Assembly (NCBI GenBank): GCA_965243135.1
Contig: OZ251539.1
Location: 384,001-448,000, forward strand
Direction: 5' to 3'
From: Alphaproteobacteria bacterium
Lineage (GTDB): Bacteria > Pseudomonadota > Alphaproteobacteria > MPNO01 > UBA830
Length of the DNA: 64,000 bases
Position 1 is the stretch's first letter. Each line of letters starts with the position of its first letter. Positions 8,616 through 18,450 of the stretch are shown here, in pieces. A model generated the notes under the pieces. That model was not told the DNA's origin, did no database searches, and saw only the letters and a list, made by a program, of their open reading frames with translations. Made by a program: the position numbers and the translations under genes.

Positions 8616-10381
8616 TCAGGGTTACCTCTAAGGTTTCGCTCATTTCCGAGGTGCTGGACTCGGGGCGGCTCGAGGTTCCGTGGCATCAGCGTTACTACGA
8701 CTGGAAGGAGGAGCAGGTCGGCGATCTGCTCTTCGACCTCAGGGACGCCGTGGGCGCCGGCAAGTCGTGCTACTTCCTCGGGTCGATCATGTTGGTCAAG
8801 ATGCCCGGCGGAAGACTGCGGCGGATCAACGACGGCCAGCAGCGCCTGATCACGCTGTCCCTGATCGTCGCCGCGCTTTGCCGCCGGTTCGCACGGAGGC
8901 AGCCTCGCGACGGGAAACGGGAAATGCTCGGGCTGCGTGTGCTGTTCGAACGCTCGCCGAACGAGACCTCCCAGCTGGCGCAGGCGTCGAGATACACGCC
9001 GCGGATTGAACCGCCGAGAAACGACAAGTCGCGCTACGTCCAAGTCATTCGCGGGCACGACATCGGGACGAACGGTCTCCTCACCGCCGCGTGGAGCGTG
9101 ATCGAAATCTTCGTCGACGTGATGAGCACGGCGGACGCCGAGGCGTTCTTCGACTTTCTCATGCAGAAGGTGGAAGTGTCCGTTCTGGACATACCGGCGG
9201 ACGTCGACGCGAATTCCGTCTTCGAGGCGCTGAACGCGCGCGGCAAGCCGCTCGACGACGTCGATCTGATACGGAACCGGCTGTATTCGTATTTCTCGGG
9301 GCCGGAGGAATCGACCCGCCGCGAGACGGTTCACGAGAACCTGGAACGCACCCTCGTGATCGGCCGCCTCGCCAGCAAGGTGCAGGAGTATTTCCGCTGC
9401 TACCTGCAGTGCCGTTACGGCTATCTGCAAAAGGCGCGGTTCTACCGGGACGCGCGCAACAACATTGAAAAAGCGATCGGTTCGCAAAATGCGGCTGATT
9501 ACATCTTTGAGCTCGTCGAAGGGCTGGGGAGAGAGGAGGGGATCGAGCTGTTCCGGACGATCACCTCCACGCGTCCCAACCCGAACTTCGAGAAGCTTTT
9601 GCCGACGGCCTCCGCGAAACGCGGACCGACCGTTCTGTTGGGAGAACTGCAGGGCTACAAGGTGTCGCATCCGTTGGTGTTCGCGTTGCTGCATCGCTTC
9701 ATCGACGGAAACGACCGGAATGCCAAGCGGCGAATCTGGCAGGCGGCGCTGCGCAGCCTGAAAAACCTGTCGTCGTTCGTGATGCGCACTGCCTTTGCCG
9801 CGCCGAAATTCGAGCCGTCCAAGTTCGAAGCCGCTTTCGCGAACATGGCGAAGAGCGTGTTCGAGGGCGACGACTTCCAGTCTCTCGACATCCTCGACGA
9901 TCTTGAGGCGAACGACGAATACAGCGTCATGAACGATGCGAACTTCGTCCGGCGCATGACCGATATCGAGTTCCGCGACGCGAAGAAGGCAAGGCGTTAC
10001 CTGTTCGGCATCAACGCCAGAAACCAGCCGGGGTCGGGGGTGCTGAGAGAAGACCGCTGCAGCCTGGAGCATGTGCTGCCGCAGTCCGAAGACCACTGGG
10101 TGGGATGGCCGGAATTCGGCGATCCGGAACGTTGGGTTCACCGGGCCGGCAACATGGTCGTGGTCGCGGACAAGGAGAACAGGCCGGGTGCCGACTACAA
10201 TCGGGATTACGCCGCGAAGAAGCGGGTCTTTGCCGGCAGCGCGTTGCTCATGCCGCGCGAGGTGGCGGAAGCCTGCGAAGAATGGACGTCCGAGGTGGTG
10301 GAGCGGCGTTCTGCGGAGCTGGCGAAAGAAGCCGCAGAAACCTGGCAGTTCGTGAACAACCAGGGGCATAGAAGGAAATGA
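8612..10381 (+). CDS. DUF262 + DUF1524 (HNH-like) protein, GmrSD/SspE-like nuclease
   Basis: VPWHQRYYDW, YFLGSI, INDGQQRLITL, VFEALNARGKPL..DLIRN (DUF262); SLEHVLPQS...GNMVVV...N (DUF1524). ATGA overlap with the dndC stop. Confidence 0.88.
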   Translation: MIRVTSKVSLISEVLDSGRLEVPWHQRYYDWKEEQVGDLLFDLRDAVGAGKSCYFLGSIMLVKMPGGRLRRINDGQQRLITLSLIVAALCRRFARRQPRDGKREMLGLRVLFERSPNETSQLAQASRYTPRIEPPRNDKSRYVQVIRGHDIGTNGLLTAAWSVIEIFVDVMSTADAEAFFDFLMQKVEVSVLDIPADVDANSVFEALNARGKPLDDVDLIRNRLYSYFSGPEESTRRETVHENLERTLVIGRLASKVQEYFRCYLQCRYGYLQKARFYRDARNNIEKAIGSQNAADYIFELVEGLGREEGIELFRTITSTRPNPNFEKLLPTASAKRGPTVLLGELQGYKVSHPLVFALLHRFIDGNDRNAKRRIWQAALRSLKNLSSFVMRTAFAAPKFEPSKFEAAFANMAKSVFEGDDFQSLDILDDLEANDEYSVMNDANFVRRMTDIEFRDAKKARRYLFGINARNQPGSGVLREDRCSLEHVLPQSEDHWVGWPEFGDPERWVHRAGNMVVVADKENRPGADYNRDYAAKKRVFAGSALLMPREVAEACEEWTSEVVERRSAELAKEAAETWQFVNNQGHRRK

Positions 10382-10509
10382 TCGGGCGCGGCAGGCGGTG
10401 TTGACGGCCGAGCCGCAGTTTCGGATTTGCAGAGATCGCCAAAAACTGGTTTCTTGGACGGAAGCGGGCAAGTAAGGTGCGGCCCGCTAATCCCGAAAGG
10501 AAGGACACT

Positions 10510-11037
10510 ATGAGAAACAAGTGCATGATCGAGGCTGCCCTGATTGCGGCGTTCGTTCTTGGAGCGTGCAATCATCAGTATCGTCCCAAGGTGATACCTG
10601 TCACGACACAGTTCGATCCTCATGAGGTTAGTTATATCAACGACGTGGGGGATAATGAGATAAAAGGGCAAGCGTTTTTGAGGCAGAAAGGTGGTGGGAT
10701 AGTTACATGCGCTGGGTTCGAAGTCTACCTTATTCCAAGAGGGGCTTATTCGAAGGAAAGGTTTTTTATTATCTACGGGACAACGGAAAGGGTCGCGCAT
10801 GCGCAATTGAGAAGGAGTAGCGTTCCAAGTGACCCAGAACCTATGTACTTGCAAATGGTAAAATCTACCAAGTGCGACGCACAAGGTGATTTTACTTTCT
10901 CTGGTGTAGCTGACGGTAGTTATTTTGTCGCAACGACCGTGTATTGGCAGGTGGGTAAAATTGAGCAGGGATTCCGACTGATGTCGCCGGTTACAGTTAA
11001 GGGTGAAGAAACAAGGGCTCTCATCATCTCTATTTGA
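10510..11037 (+). CDS. Putative lipoprotein with beta-sandwich domain
   Basis: Lipobox LGAC; IKGQAFLRQKGGGIVTCAG, CDAQGDFTFSGVADGSYFV; AT-richer than its flanks. Confidence 0.7.
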   Translation: MRNKCMIEAALIAAFVLGACNHQYRPKVIPVTTQFDPHEVSYINDVGDNEIKGQAFLRQKGGGIVTCAGFEVYLIPRGAYSKERFFIIYGTTERVAHAQLRRSSVPSDPEPMYLQMVKSTKCDAQGDFTFSGVADGSYFVATTVYWQVGKIEQGFRLMSPVTVKGEETRALIISI

Positions 11038-11303
11038 GGGGATTTCCAAGCAGGTTATTGAGAAACGGGCCTCATAGCGAGGCGCGGCCGCTTTCGTTCA
11101 TCTTGTTCCTCGCGTCATCGCCTGCCGGATGGGTTTTCCTTATTCATCGTTTCCGGTCATGGTGCTTCCACAGAGCTGATGCCGGGGCCGGGGATTTATC
11201 CTGGACACCGACATACCGAAGTCGTACGGCTTGATCAGGGAACAACGGGTCGGCGCTAACCGCGAAAATTGGACAGATGATTGACGGGATTGATAGGATG
11301 TGA

Positions 11304-13013
11304 ATGGCAAGAGATTTCGGGGAAGGAAATATGCGACGGTTTCGTTTTTCCGCGATGGTGCCGTTTGCGGCGGCAGCGGTGCTGTCTGCTGCGACCTCCG
11401 TCAATGCGATAGTCGATAGTGAAAACGAACTTTGGAGCGCCGTGCGGATATCGGGCAATCCCGATACCGCCCAGCGGTCGCCTGCCGTGGGCGCGAACCC
11501 GAACGTTCCGCAAAGCGCTGGCCGAACCGCGGTTCGTCTGGCGTCCGATACGACTTCGCCAGCGGTGCGGCCGGGCGGCGGCGCACCGGAACGCAAGGCC
11601 GATGTTGCGAACGGAAAAGGCGAAACTTCTCTCCGCCTCGTGGCCGAAGCGCATCGATCCTCCGCTGGCTTGCTATGGAGTGCCGCTCGGACGCCGGGCA
11701 ATCTGGAAATCGTCCGCCGGCTGCTTGCCTCGGGCGTGAATCCGAACATTCCGGACGATGCGGGCCGAACAGCGGTTCATCGGGCAGCGAGCGGCGGCGG
11801 TCCTCGGATACTCGCTGCGCTGCTTCGCGCGGGCGGCAAACCGAACGTTCGTGATCGCGACGGCAACGCGCCGTTGCACATCGCCATCAAGGCGGGCGGG
11901 AGCGAAGGCAAAGTCGAGGCCGTCGAGGCGCTTCTGGCGGCCGGAGCGGATCCATGCCTCAAGGATGCAACGGGGCTGACACCGTACCGCATGGCCGCGG
12001 ACGGCGGCCCCATCCGCCGCGCTCTTGGCCGGGCCGGGGGCAACGAGTGGACGTGCGGGAGAAACGGAAAGCGCACCATGCGGGTTGCGGCTCGCACCAA
12101 CGTGAGGTCGGGACCGGGACCGCACCACGCCAGGATCGGAACGCTAGACGCTGGCTACGAGGTCAAGGTGGCGGGGAAAATCGGTGACTGGTTGCGCATT
12201 GAGATGCCGGGCGGAGAAGGATATGTCCGCGTCGAGCGGATGATCGATACGGCGTTCGTCGCCAGCCTTGAGCCGAAATGCGATGGATTTTCCCACGAGT
12301 GCTTGGATTGCGGGCTCTTGCCTGACAGGCCCGCATGCCGGATCTGCCGGGACTTCCCCGTTTGCTGGAGACAGCTCTCCAATCGTCCGGAATGCTATCT
12401 GCTGGTTCCCAATAATGATGGTCGCAATCGGTCCCTGAATTGGTCGGGATCCTGTTCCGGCGGCGTCGCCAACGGCCAAGGGAAGCTATCGTCGTCACGG
12501 AACTCGATTGTAGAGACCGGAATGCTCGTGGGCGGCAAGAAACATGGACCATGGATCGGTGAATTTTTGAGTTCTTTTTCCTCGGCACTAGATTTTGCTA
12601 CCTATGTGGACGGAAAGAGAGATGGGCTGTGGATCAGCAGGTCCAAGCTCAGGATAGGCAAGAGCAACGAGGTGAGCACGAATATTAGCGCCTATGTGAA
12701 CGGCAAGGAAGATGGAAAATCATCGTTCAGTGTGAGAAATGGTGGTGCCTCCATGGGCGCTTATGTAAACGGCAAGAGGCACGGACAATGGGTCGATGTA
12801 TCCAACTCCCTCGTCACCGTAGGCGCCTATGTAAACGGCAAGAGGCACGGACGATGGGTTGAACTGTTTGGATTAAGCCGACCCGGCGGAGTAGTCTCGA
12901 CAGGTGTCTATGTGGACGGTCGGAAGCACGGACGATGGAAGAGACGCTCGATCACGACCTGCGAAATCGTCGAATACGAATCGGGCTGGTTTGCAAGAAA
13001 AAGAAAATGCTGA
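11304..13013 (+). CDS. Secreted ankyrin + SH3b + MORN-like repeat protein
   Basis: Signal peptide; ankyrin repeats (GRTAVHRAA, GNAPLHIAI, LLAAGADP); SH3b (TNVRSGPG...IGTL...GDWLRI); Cys-rich linker; GAYVNGKRHGxW repeats. Confidence 0.8.
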   Translation: MARDFGEGNMRRFRFSAMVPFAAAAVLSAATSVNAIVDSENELWSAVRISGNPDTAQRSPAVGANPNVPQSAGRTAVRLASDTTSPAVRPGGGAPERKADVANGKGETSLRLVAEAHRSSAGLLWSAARTPGNLEIVRRLLASGVNPNIPDDAGRTAVHRAASGGGPRILAALLRAGGKPNVRDRDGNAPLHIAIKAGGSEGKVEAVEALLAAGADPCLKDATGLTPYRMAADGGPIRRALGRAGGNEWTCGRNGKRTMRVAARTNVRSGPGPHHARIGTLDAGYEVKVAGKIGDWLRIEMPGGEGYVRVERMIDTAFVASLEPKCDGFSHECLDCGLLPDRPACRICRDFPVCWRQLSNRPECYLLVPNNDGRNRSLNWSGSCSGGVANGQGKLSSSRNSIVETGMLVGGKKHGPWIGEFLSSFSSALDFATYVDGKRDGLWISRSKLRIGKSNEVSTNISAYVNGKEDGKSSFSVRNGGASMGAYVNGKRHGQWVDVSNSLVTVGAYVNGKRHGRWVELFGLSRPGGVVSTGVYVDGRKHGRWKRRSITTCEIVEYESGWFARKRKC

Positions 13014-13393
13014 CAGAGGTTCCCGGATCCGCATGGTCCGGCGTCTGCCGTCGTCGGCGGTCGAGCTTTCGGAAGCGGAACGGATAGCGCGAGGTTTGCA
13101 GGGATGCGCATCGCAGCCAGAGACGAAACAAGGGCATTGCGCCGCGACGTTCGCGCTCAATGTGAAACCGTGCGTCGGCGCGCCTTTCAGGCACCGTTAG
13201 CGCGTTCGGGCAACCTCTCGGCGATCTCCCCGCTTTCGGGCGGCCGGTTGCGGTCTTTTGATCGGGAGGCCCCGGACCTGTTCGCTTGCTGCACGGTGAA
13301 TTCCGTCCGAATCGGAGCGAGACGCTCCGTCATCGTTCCTGCTGGCTTCCCTGGGCGTTTGAGAGAGAGAAAGGTTTCCTGGATATCTCTCGG

Positions 13394-14776
13394 ATGACCG
13401 ACTCGAGCGACGCTTTGCAGTTGCGCCATCGCGCCGAAAAACGGCTCGGGGTGCCGGCCTCATTGCACGACTACCAGTGGGAAGGCGTCTCCTTTCTGTA
13501 CCGGTCCCGCTCCGCGCTTCTCGCCGACGAGATGGGCCTCGGGAAGACGGTGCAGACTTCGGTTGCGCTCGCGCTTCTCCTCAACGGACGAAGCGGCGTC
13601 GGCCGCGTCCTGATCGTCGCGCCGGCGTCCCTGACGACGAACTGGATGGACGAACTCGAAACCTGGGCGCCCACCATCGCCGCCCGGCGCATGCAGGGAA
13701 ACGCCCGCGCCCGCGAGGCGTTCTACCTGCTCCCGATCCCGGTCCTCGTCGGATCCTACGAGCAGATCCGGCAAGACGGCCTTGACCGTATCCCGGCCAA
13801 CACCTTCGACCTCGTCGTCCTCGACGAGGCACAACGGATCAAGAACAGGAACTCCGCCACGGCGCTGGCCTGCCGGCTGCTGCCGCGGACGCGTTCTTGG
13901 GCGCTTTCGGCCACCCCGCTCGAGAACGACCCCAGCGACGTGGTCTCGATCCTGAGTTTTCTCGATCCGGAAATCAGACCCGGCGAATCCCCGTTTCGCC
14001 TGCGCGCCCGTCTCGACGCGATGATGCTGCGACGGCGCAAGCTTGAGGTCCGGGCCGAGTTGCCGCCGGTCATCCTTCAGGATCTCAGGCTCGATCTCTC
14101 CGGGGTTCAGCGCAATGCCTATGACGAGCTGTGGGAAAAGCGCGCGGAGACGATCAGAGAAGGAGCGGAGGGCGGCGACCCCGGCGCGGCCATACTCGGC
14201 CTGATCACGCGACTCAAGATGGTCTGCAATTTCGTCGAGGATGCCTCTTCCAAATTCGAGGCGCTCGAGGTGATCGCCGAAGGGGCGGGGAAGTCCGGCA
14301 GGATTCTCGTGTTCTCGCAGTTCGTGAGAACGCTGCAGTGGGCTTCCGACCGGTTGAAGCTTCCACACGGATTTCTTACGGGGGCGATGACGCCCGCCGA
14401 AAGGCAGGCGGCCATCGACGAATTCAGGCACGGGCCGGCGCCGAGAGTCCTTTTGGTATCCCTCCGCGCCGGCGGCGTGGGCCTCAATCTGGGCGAGGCC
14501 ACCCATGTGGTCCTCTTCGACAGGTGGTGGAACCCGGCCGTCGAGAACCAGGCGATCTACCGCGCGCACCGCTTCGACCGCGAAGAGCCGTTGCATGTCG
14601 TCCGATTTCTGGCTACGGATACGATCGAAGAGCGCATCTCTGAGATCCTGGAGCAAAAGGAGCTTCTGTTCGACGAGGTCGTGGAGACGGCCGGGGCCGA
14701 AGCGCGGCGCTTTACCCGCAATGAATTGATCCGTATTCTTGAGATCTCGAATCTCTTTCCGGCGTCGGAGGCGTAA
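13394..14776 (+). CDS. SNF2-family helicase/ATPase (compact, about 460 aa)
   Basis: LHDYQWEGV, LLADEMGLGKT, VLDEAQRIKN, LSATPLEN, LVFSQF, AGGVGLNL, DRWWNPAVENQAIYRAHR. Confidence 0.92.
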   Translation: MTDSSDALQLRHRAEKRLGVPASLHDYQWEGVSFLYRSRSALLADEMGLGKTVQTSVALALLLNGRSGVGRVLIVAPASLTTNWMDELETWAPTIAARRMQGNARAREAFYLLPIPVLVGSYEQIRQDGLDRIPANTFDLVVLDEAQRIKNRNSATALACRLLPRTRSWALSATPLENDPSDVVSILSFLDPEIRPGESPFRLRARLDAMMLRRRKLEVRAELPPVILQDLRLDLSGVQRNAYDELWEKRAETIREGAEGGDPGAAILGLITRLKMVCNFVEDASSKFEALEVIAEGAGKSGRILVFSQFVRTLQWASDRLKLPHGFLTGAMTPAERQAAIDEFRHGPAPRVLLVSLRAGGVGLNLGEATHVVLFDRWWNPAVENQAIYRAHRFDREEPLHVVRFLATDTIEERISEILEQKELLFDEVVETAGAEARRFTRNELIRILEISNLFPASEA

Positions 14777-14779
14777 GTC

Positions 14780-15607
14780 ATGGCGAAGATCGTCGCATAC
14801 AGGGAAATACCGCTCGACAGCTTGACCATAGGCAAGGGACAAGCGGGTACGCATACGGAGTCGCGCATCAAGGAGCTCGATGAACTGGCCGAGAGCATTA
14901 AGGTGCAGGGTTTGCTGCAACCGATTGTCGTCTGCGAGGCACGGGAAGCCGGAAAATGGGAAATTCTTGCCGGTCAGCGGCGTTTCCTCGCGCACAGGCA
15001 TCTGAAAAGGGAGACGATATCCGCTGCGGTTCTCGACGGCCGCATCGACCCGACCGACGCGAAGGCCATTTCGGTCACCGAGAACCTGGTAAGGCTTCAG
15101 CTTTCCGGGAAGGAACTAACGGACAGTATCCGGGTTCTGTACAATAGGTACGCAAGCGTAAGAGCAGTGGCGGAGGCGACCGGCATTCCCCAAGCGAAAA
15201 TCAGACGCTACCTGAAATCCGACCGGCTCATTCCTGAGTTGAAGAGAATGGTCGACGATAACGAAATCGATATCAACGCTGCCTTGGATGCCCAAGACGC
15301 TGCCGACGACGACGGACAACCGGATCCCGACGTCGCCGTTAAGTTGGCGTGGGAAATGAAGCCGATGACGAACGTGCAGCGGCGGAAGCTCGCCGATAAG
15401 CGCAGGGAAAATCCGGAGAAGCCGATCGACGACGTTATCGAGGAAGCGAAGACCGGGGTGAAAGTGATCCAGGTCGTCGCGACAGTGACGCAGACAACGC
15501 ACAGCGCCATCCGGAGATACGCGAGAGAAGAAAAAACCAACCAGGATGAGGCTGTGGTCGCCCTTATCGAAGAGGCGTTGACCGGCCACGGTCTCTTGGA
15601 ACAGTAG
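14780..15607 (+). CDS. ParB/Spo0J-family protein
   Basis: LDELAESIKVQGLLQPIVV, EILAGQRRFLA, TENLVRLQLS, HTH (SVRAVAEATGIPQAKIRRYL), possible C-terminal RHH. Confidence 0.85.
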   Translation: MAKIVAYREIPLDSLTIGKGQAGTHTESRIKELDELAESIKVQGLLQPIVVCEAREAGKWEILAGQRRFLAHRHLKRETISAAVLDGRIDPTDAKAISVTENLVRLQLSGKELTDSIRVLYNRYASVRAVAEATGIPQAKIRRYLKSDRLIPELKRMVDDNEIDINAALDAQDAADDDGQPDPDVAVKLAWEMKPMTNVQRRKLADKRRENPEKPIDDVIEEAKTGVKVIQVVATVTQTTHSAIRRYAREEKTNQDEAVVALIEEALTGHGLLEQ

Positions 15608-16333
15608 ATGCTGCCGGGACTGAACGCGCTCGAGCTCGGGCGCCTTCGGCTGTCGGTCGGGTACGGGACGCACAAGAAGGGGCGCCCGTTATCCCCGGCC
15701 GAGGTCGGCCAACTGCTTCGCCAAGCCCGCAGCGCCGGAGTCACTCTCAAGGATTGCGCGAAAGCGATCCAGCTGAACGGGACGGGCCATATCGGCCGTT
15801 TTCTTCGCATTCTGGAATTGCCCCAGGACGTCCTTCACCTGGTGGATTGGGGGCATCCCGGCGACGGCGTCGCGTTTTCCTGCGCCGTGGAAATGACAAG
15901 TCTGGAGAACGACGACGACAAGCGTGCCGTCGCCCGATCGATTCTTGCCCATGGTCTGGAAAGCAAGGAGGTTCGTCAGGTTGCGCAACTCCGAAAACGT
16001 TCCGGGCGTTTCATCGGCGAATGCGTTGAAGAGATCCTAGGCATGCGTCCGACGGTCGAGAAGCGTTATGTCTTCATCGGGGTGGTCACTGAAGAAAGCC
16101 TTGCAAATGCTCTCGGCGAGCTCACGCAGCGCGAACGGGATGCGATTTTGGATTCCGGTATCGAACGGCTTGAGCTTTCCGGCGGCTCCGGCCGGCTCGG
16201 GCAAAGATTTTTCACCCTTGTCGGCGATGACCGGTTCGGGGCCTCGATGGAGCGCATCGGCAAGGACAACATTGAGACGATGCTTCTGGCGCAGATTGGC
16301 GAGGCGATCGACGATGCCGCCGCCCATTGTTGA
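15608..16333 (+). CDS. ParB/KorB-like HTH protein lacking the CTPase domain
   Basis: LSPAEVG...GVTLKDCAKAI...HIGRFLRILELPQDVLHLV resembles the central HTH of ParB. Starts immediately after the previous stop (TAGATG). Confidence 0.55.
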   Translation: MLPGLNALELGRLRLSVGYGTHKKGRPLSPAEVGQLLRQARSAGVTLKDCAKAIQLNGTGHIGRFLRILELPQDVLHLVDWGHPGDGVAFSCAVEMTSLENDDDKRAVARSILAHGLESKEVRQVAQLRKRSGRFIGECVEEILGMRPTVEKRYVFIGVVTEESLANALGELTQRERDAILDSGIERLELSGGSGRLGQRFFTLVGDDRFGASMERIGKDNIETMLLAQIGEAIDDAAAHC

Positions 16334-17348
16334 CGTGTTCGCCAGCGGAACTGTTCGCCTCGGTTCGAAGGTCGTGTGCGACGGATACGCGGAGGGATAT
16401 CCGTTCAGGGTTCAGACGCATGTGCACGAAGACCACATGTCGGAATTCAACAGGAGCAAAGGCGAGCAGGACTTTCTGCTGAGTCCCGAGACGCATGAAC
16501 TGTTGATTGCGGAGCGCAATGCGGACCTCGAATATCGCGACAATTTCATCCGGGTCGCGCGCGGCGCCGAGCGGGAACTCGACGACGGTTCAAGGCTCTC
16601 GCTCGTTGCGTCCAACCACATGCTCGGAGCTTGCCAAGTGGCTCTGGAACTCCCCGACGGAATGCGGATCGGCTATTCCAGCGACTTCGGATGGCCGCTC
16701 GACGAAGTCATCGCGGTGGACGAGCTTGTGGTCGACAGCACATATGGCAGCCCCCGGAGAAGCGTGCGTGGTTATACCCAGGACGAAGCCGAAGCGAGCC
16801 TTTTCGAGATCGTTCACGAACGCCTTCGACATGGCTCCGTGCATATCCATGCCTATTCGGGAACGATCGAGCGGGTTCTGTCCGTTCTCGGAGATAACGT
16901 TGGCGTTCCCATCGTGGCCTCCCGGCAACTGATCCAGAGAGTCGAGGTATATCAGAAGCATGGATTCGCGCCGGGAAGCCTGGAGGAGCTCCGGTCGGAC
17001 GAGGCCCGGCGCGCGATAGCGCACGGCTCCTATGTCCGGCTTTATTCGAAGGGCGACGGCTTCGGCAACGAGCGCCTGGAAGGCACGACGATCACCTGCA
17101 GCGCCTATATGGTGGACACCCGCAACCCGTTGATGATTTTTTCGGACCGGTCCTACAGAGTCGCATTGTCCAACCATGCGGATTTCGAGGAAACGCTCGC
17201 TTACGTCGAAGCGACCGGCGCCAAGCGGGTCGTTACGGACAACACGCGGAGTCATGGCTGCGAACTCGCCATAGCCATCAATGAGCGGCTCGACGACGTG
17301 CGGGCCGTTCCGTCCAGCAACTGTCCGGCTTCTTCCCGGAATACGTGA
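16314..17348 (+). CDS. Metallo-beta-lactamase fold beta-CASP nuclease
   Basis: THVHEDH, NHMLGA, YSSDF, VVDSTYG, LSNHADF; overlaps the upstream gene by 20 bp. Confidence 0.85.
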   Translation: MPPPIVDVFASGTVRLGSKVVCDGYAEGYPFRVQTHVHEDHMSEFNRSKGEQDFLLSPETHELLIAERNADLEYRDNFIRVARGAERELDDGSRLSLVASNHMLGACQVALELPDGMRIGYSSDFGWPLDEVIAVDELVVDSTYGSPRRSVRGYTQDEAEASLFEIVHERLRHGSVHIHAYSGTIERVLSVLGDNVGVPIVASRQLIQRVEVYQKHGFAPGSLEELRSDEARRAIAHGSYVRLYSKGDGFGNERLEGTTITCSAYMVDTRNPLMIFSDRSYRVALSNHADFEETLAYVEATGAKRVVTDNTRSHGCELAIAINERLDDVRAVPSSNCPASSRNT

Positions 17349-17571
17349 CGGGTTCCCCGAGATCGCTGTCTGCTGCGATGCGGACGTTCCCATGGGCACC
17401 CGGAAAACGGATCCTGGCAACGAACCGGCCGCCGGCACCGATGGCCGGTCTTCCAGCTACAGGTGAAAATTGGAAGATTTACCGGGTGGGTCGGGCGAAT
17501 TGTTCCGTTCGCGGCAACGGGAGCGATGCAAAACTGACCCCCAGGTCCAGACGGAACGAAGGAGGCAATTC

Positions 17572-18450
17572 ATGGACGACGATTTTCTCGACCGGATCGA
17601 GCGCATCAACGTTCTGCAGACCAAGAAATACCGTGCGCCTCACAAACCGCTGTTGCTTCTTCTCGCCCTCGGTCGCGTTTGGGCCGGGGAACCCCGGCTT
17701 GCGCCTTATGAAACGTTCGAGAGGCCGCTGAAAAAGCTGCTCCTTGATTTCGGACCTCCCCGCAAGGTTCTCCACCCCGAATATCCGTTCGGACATCTTC
17801 TTGCGGACGATCTCTGGCATATTCCCGGCAGCCGCCGTCTACCCACCAGGAAGGGCTCGATTCCCCGGAAAGAGCTGATCCGGACGCAAGGTGGCTTTCC
17901 AAAGCAATTCTACGCGCTTCTCCATAACGACCGGAGGCTCGTTCGGCTTGCCGCGCAACTGTTGCTGGACGGACATTTCCCGCCCTCGCTGCACGACGAC
18001 ATCCTGGCGGCGGCGGGCATGGGATCGATGTTGCGCACGGCCGAGGGTCTGGAAGAAGATCGGGAGTTCAAGGCGAACATCTTTCAGGCCTACGATCGGC
18101 GCTGCGCCATATGCGGCCTCGATCTCCGGATAAATGACAAGCCTGTCGATCTGGACGCGGCGCATATCAGGTGGCGCGCCCAGTGCGGTCCCAACTGCAC
18201 CTCGAACGGGCTTGCGTTGTGCACGCTTCACCACAAGGCTTTCGACAGGGGCGCGCTCGGCCTCAAGCCCGACCGCGGCGGTTACGCGGTGATGGTGTCG
18301 AACCACGTCGCCGGGCGAACCCGGCAGCGGTTTCAGCGTCTTCAAAACAAACAGGTCATTCGTCCCGTAAGCGATACCGATGCGCCGGATCCCGGTTTCG
18401 TAGGTTGGCACCGCCGAGAGGTTTTTCGCTCTCCGGATCTGGGTAGTTGA
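17572..18450 (+). CDS. SBD-HNH phosphorothioated-DNA-dependent endonuclease
   Basis: RAPHKPLLLL and HPEYPFGHL (sulfur-binding-domain motifs of the ScoMcrA family) plus CAICG...LDAAHI...SNGLALCTLHHKAFDRG. GGAGG RBS. Confidence 0.82.
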   Translation: MDDDFLDRIERINVLQTKKYRAPHKPLLLLLALGRVWAGEPRLAPYETFERPLKKLLLDFGPPRKVLHPEYPFGHLLADDLWHIPGSRRLPTRKGSIPRKELIRTQGGFPKQFYALLHNDRRLVRLAAQLLLDGHFPPSLHDDILAAAGMGSMLRTAEGLEEDREFKANIFQAYDRRCAICGLDLRINDKPVDLDAAHIRWRAQCGPNCTSNGLALCTLHHKAFDRGALGLKPDRGGYAVMVSNHVAGRTRQRFQRLQNKQVIRPVSDTDAPDPGFVGWHRREVFRSPDLGS

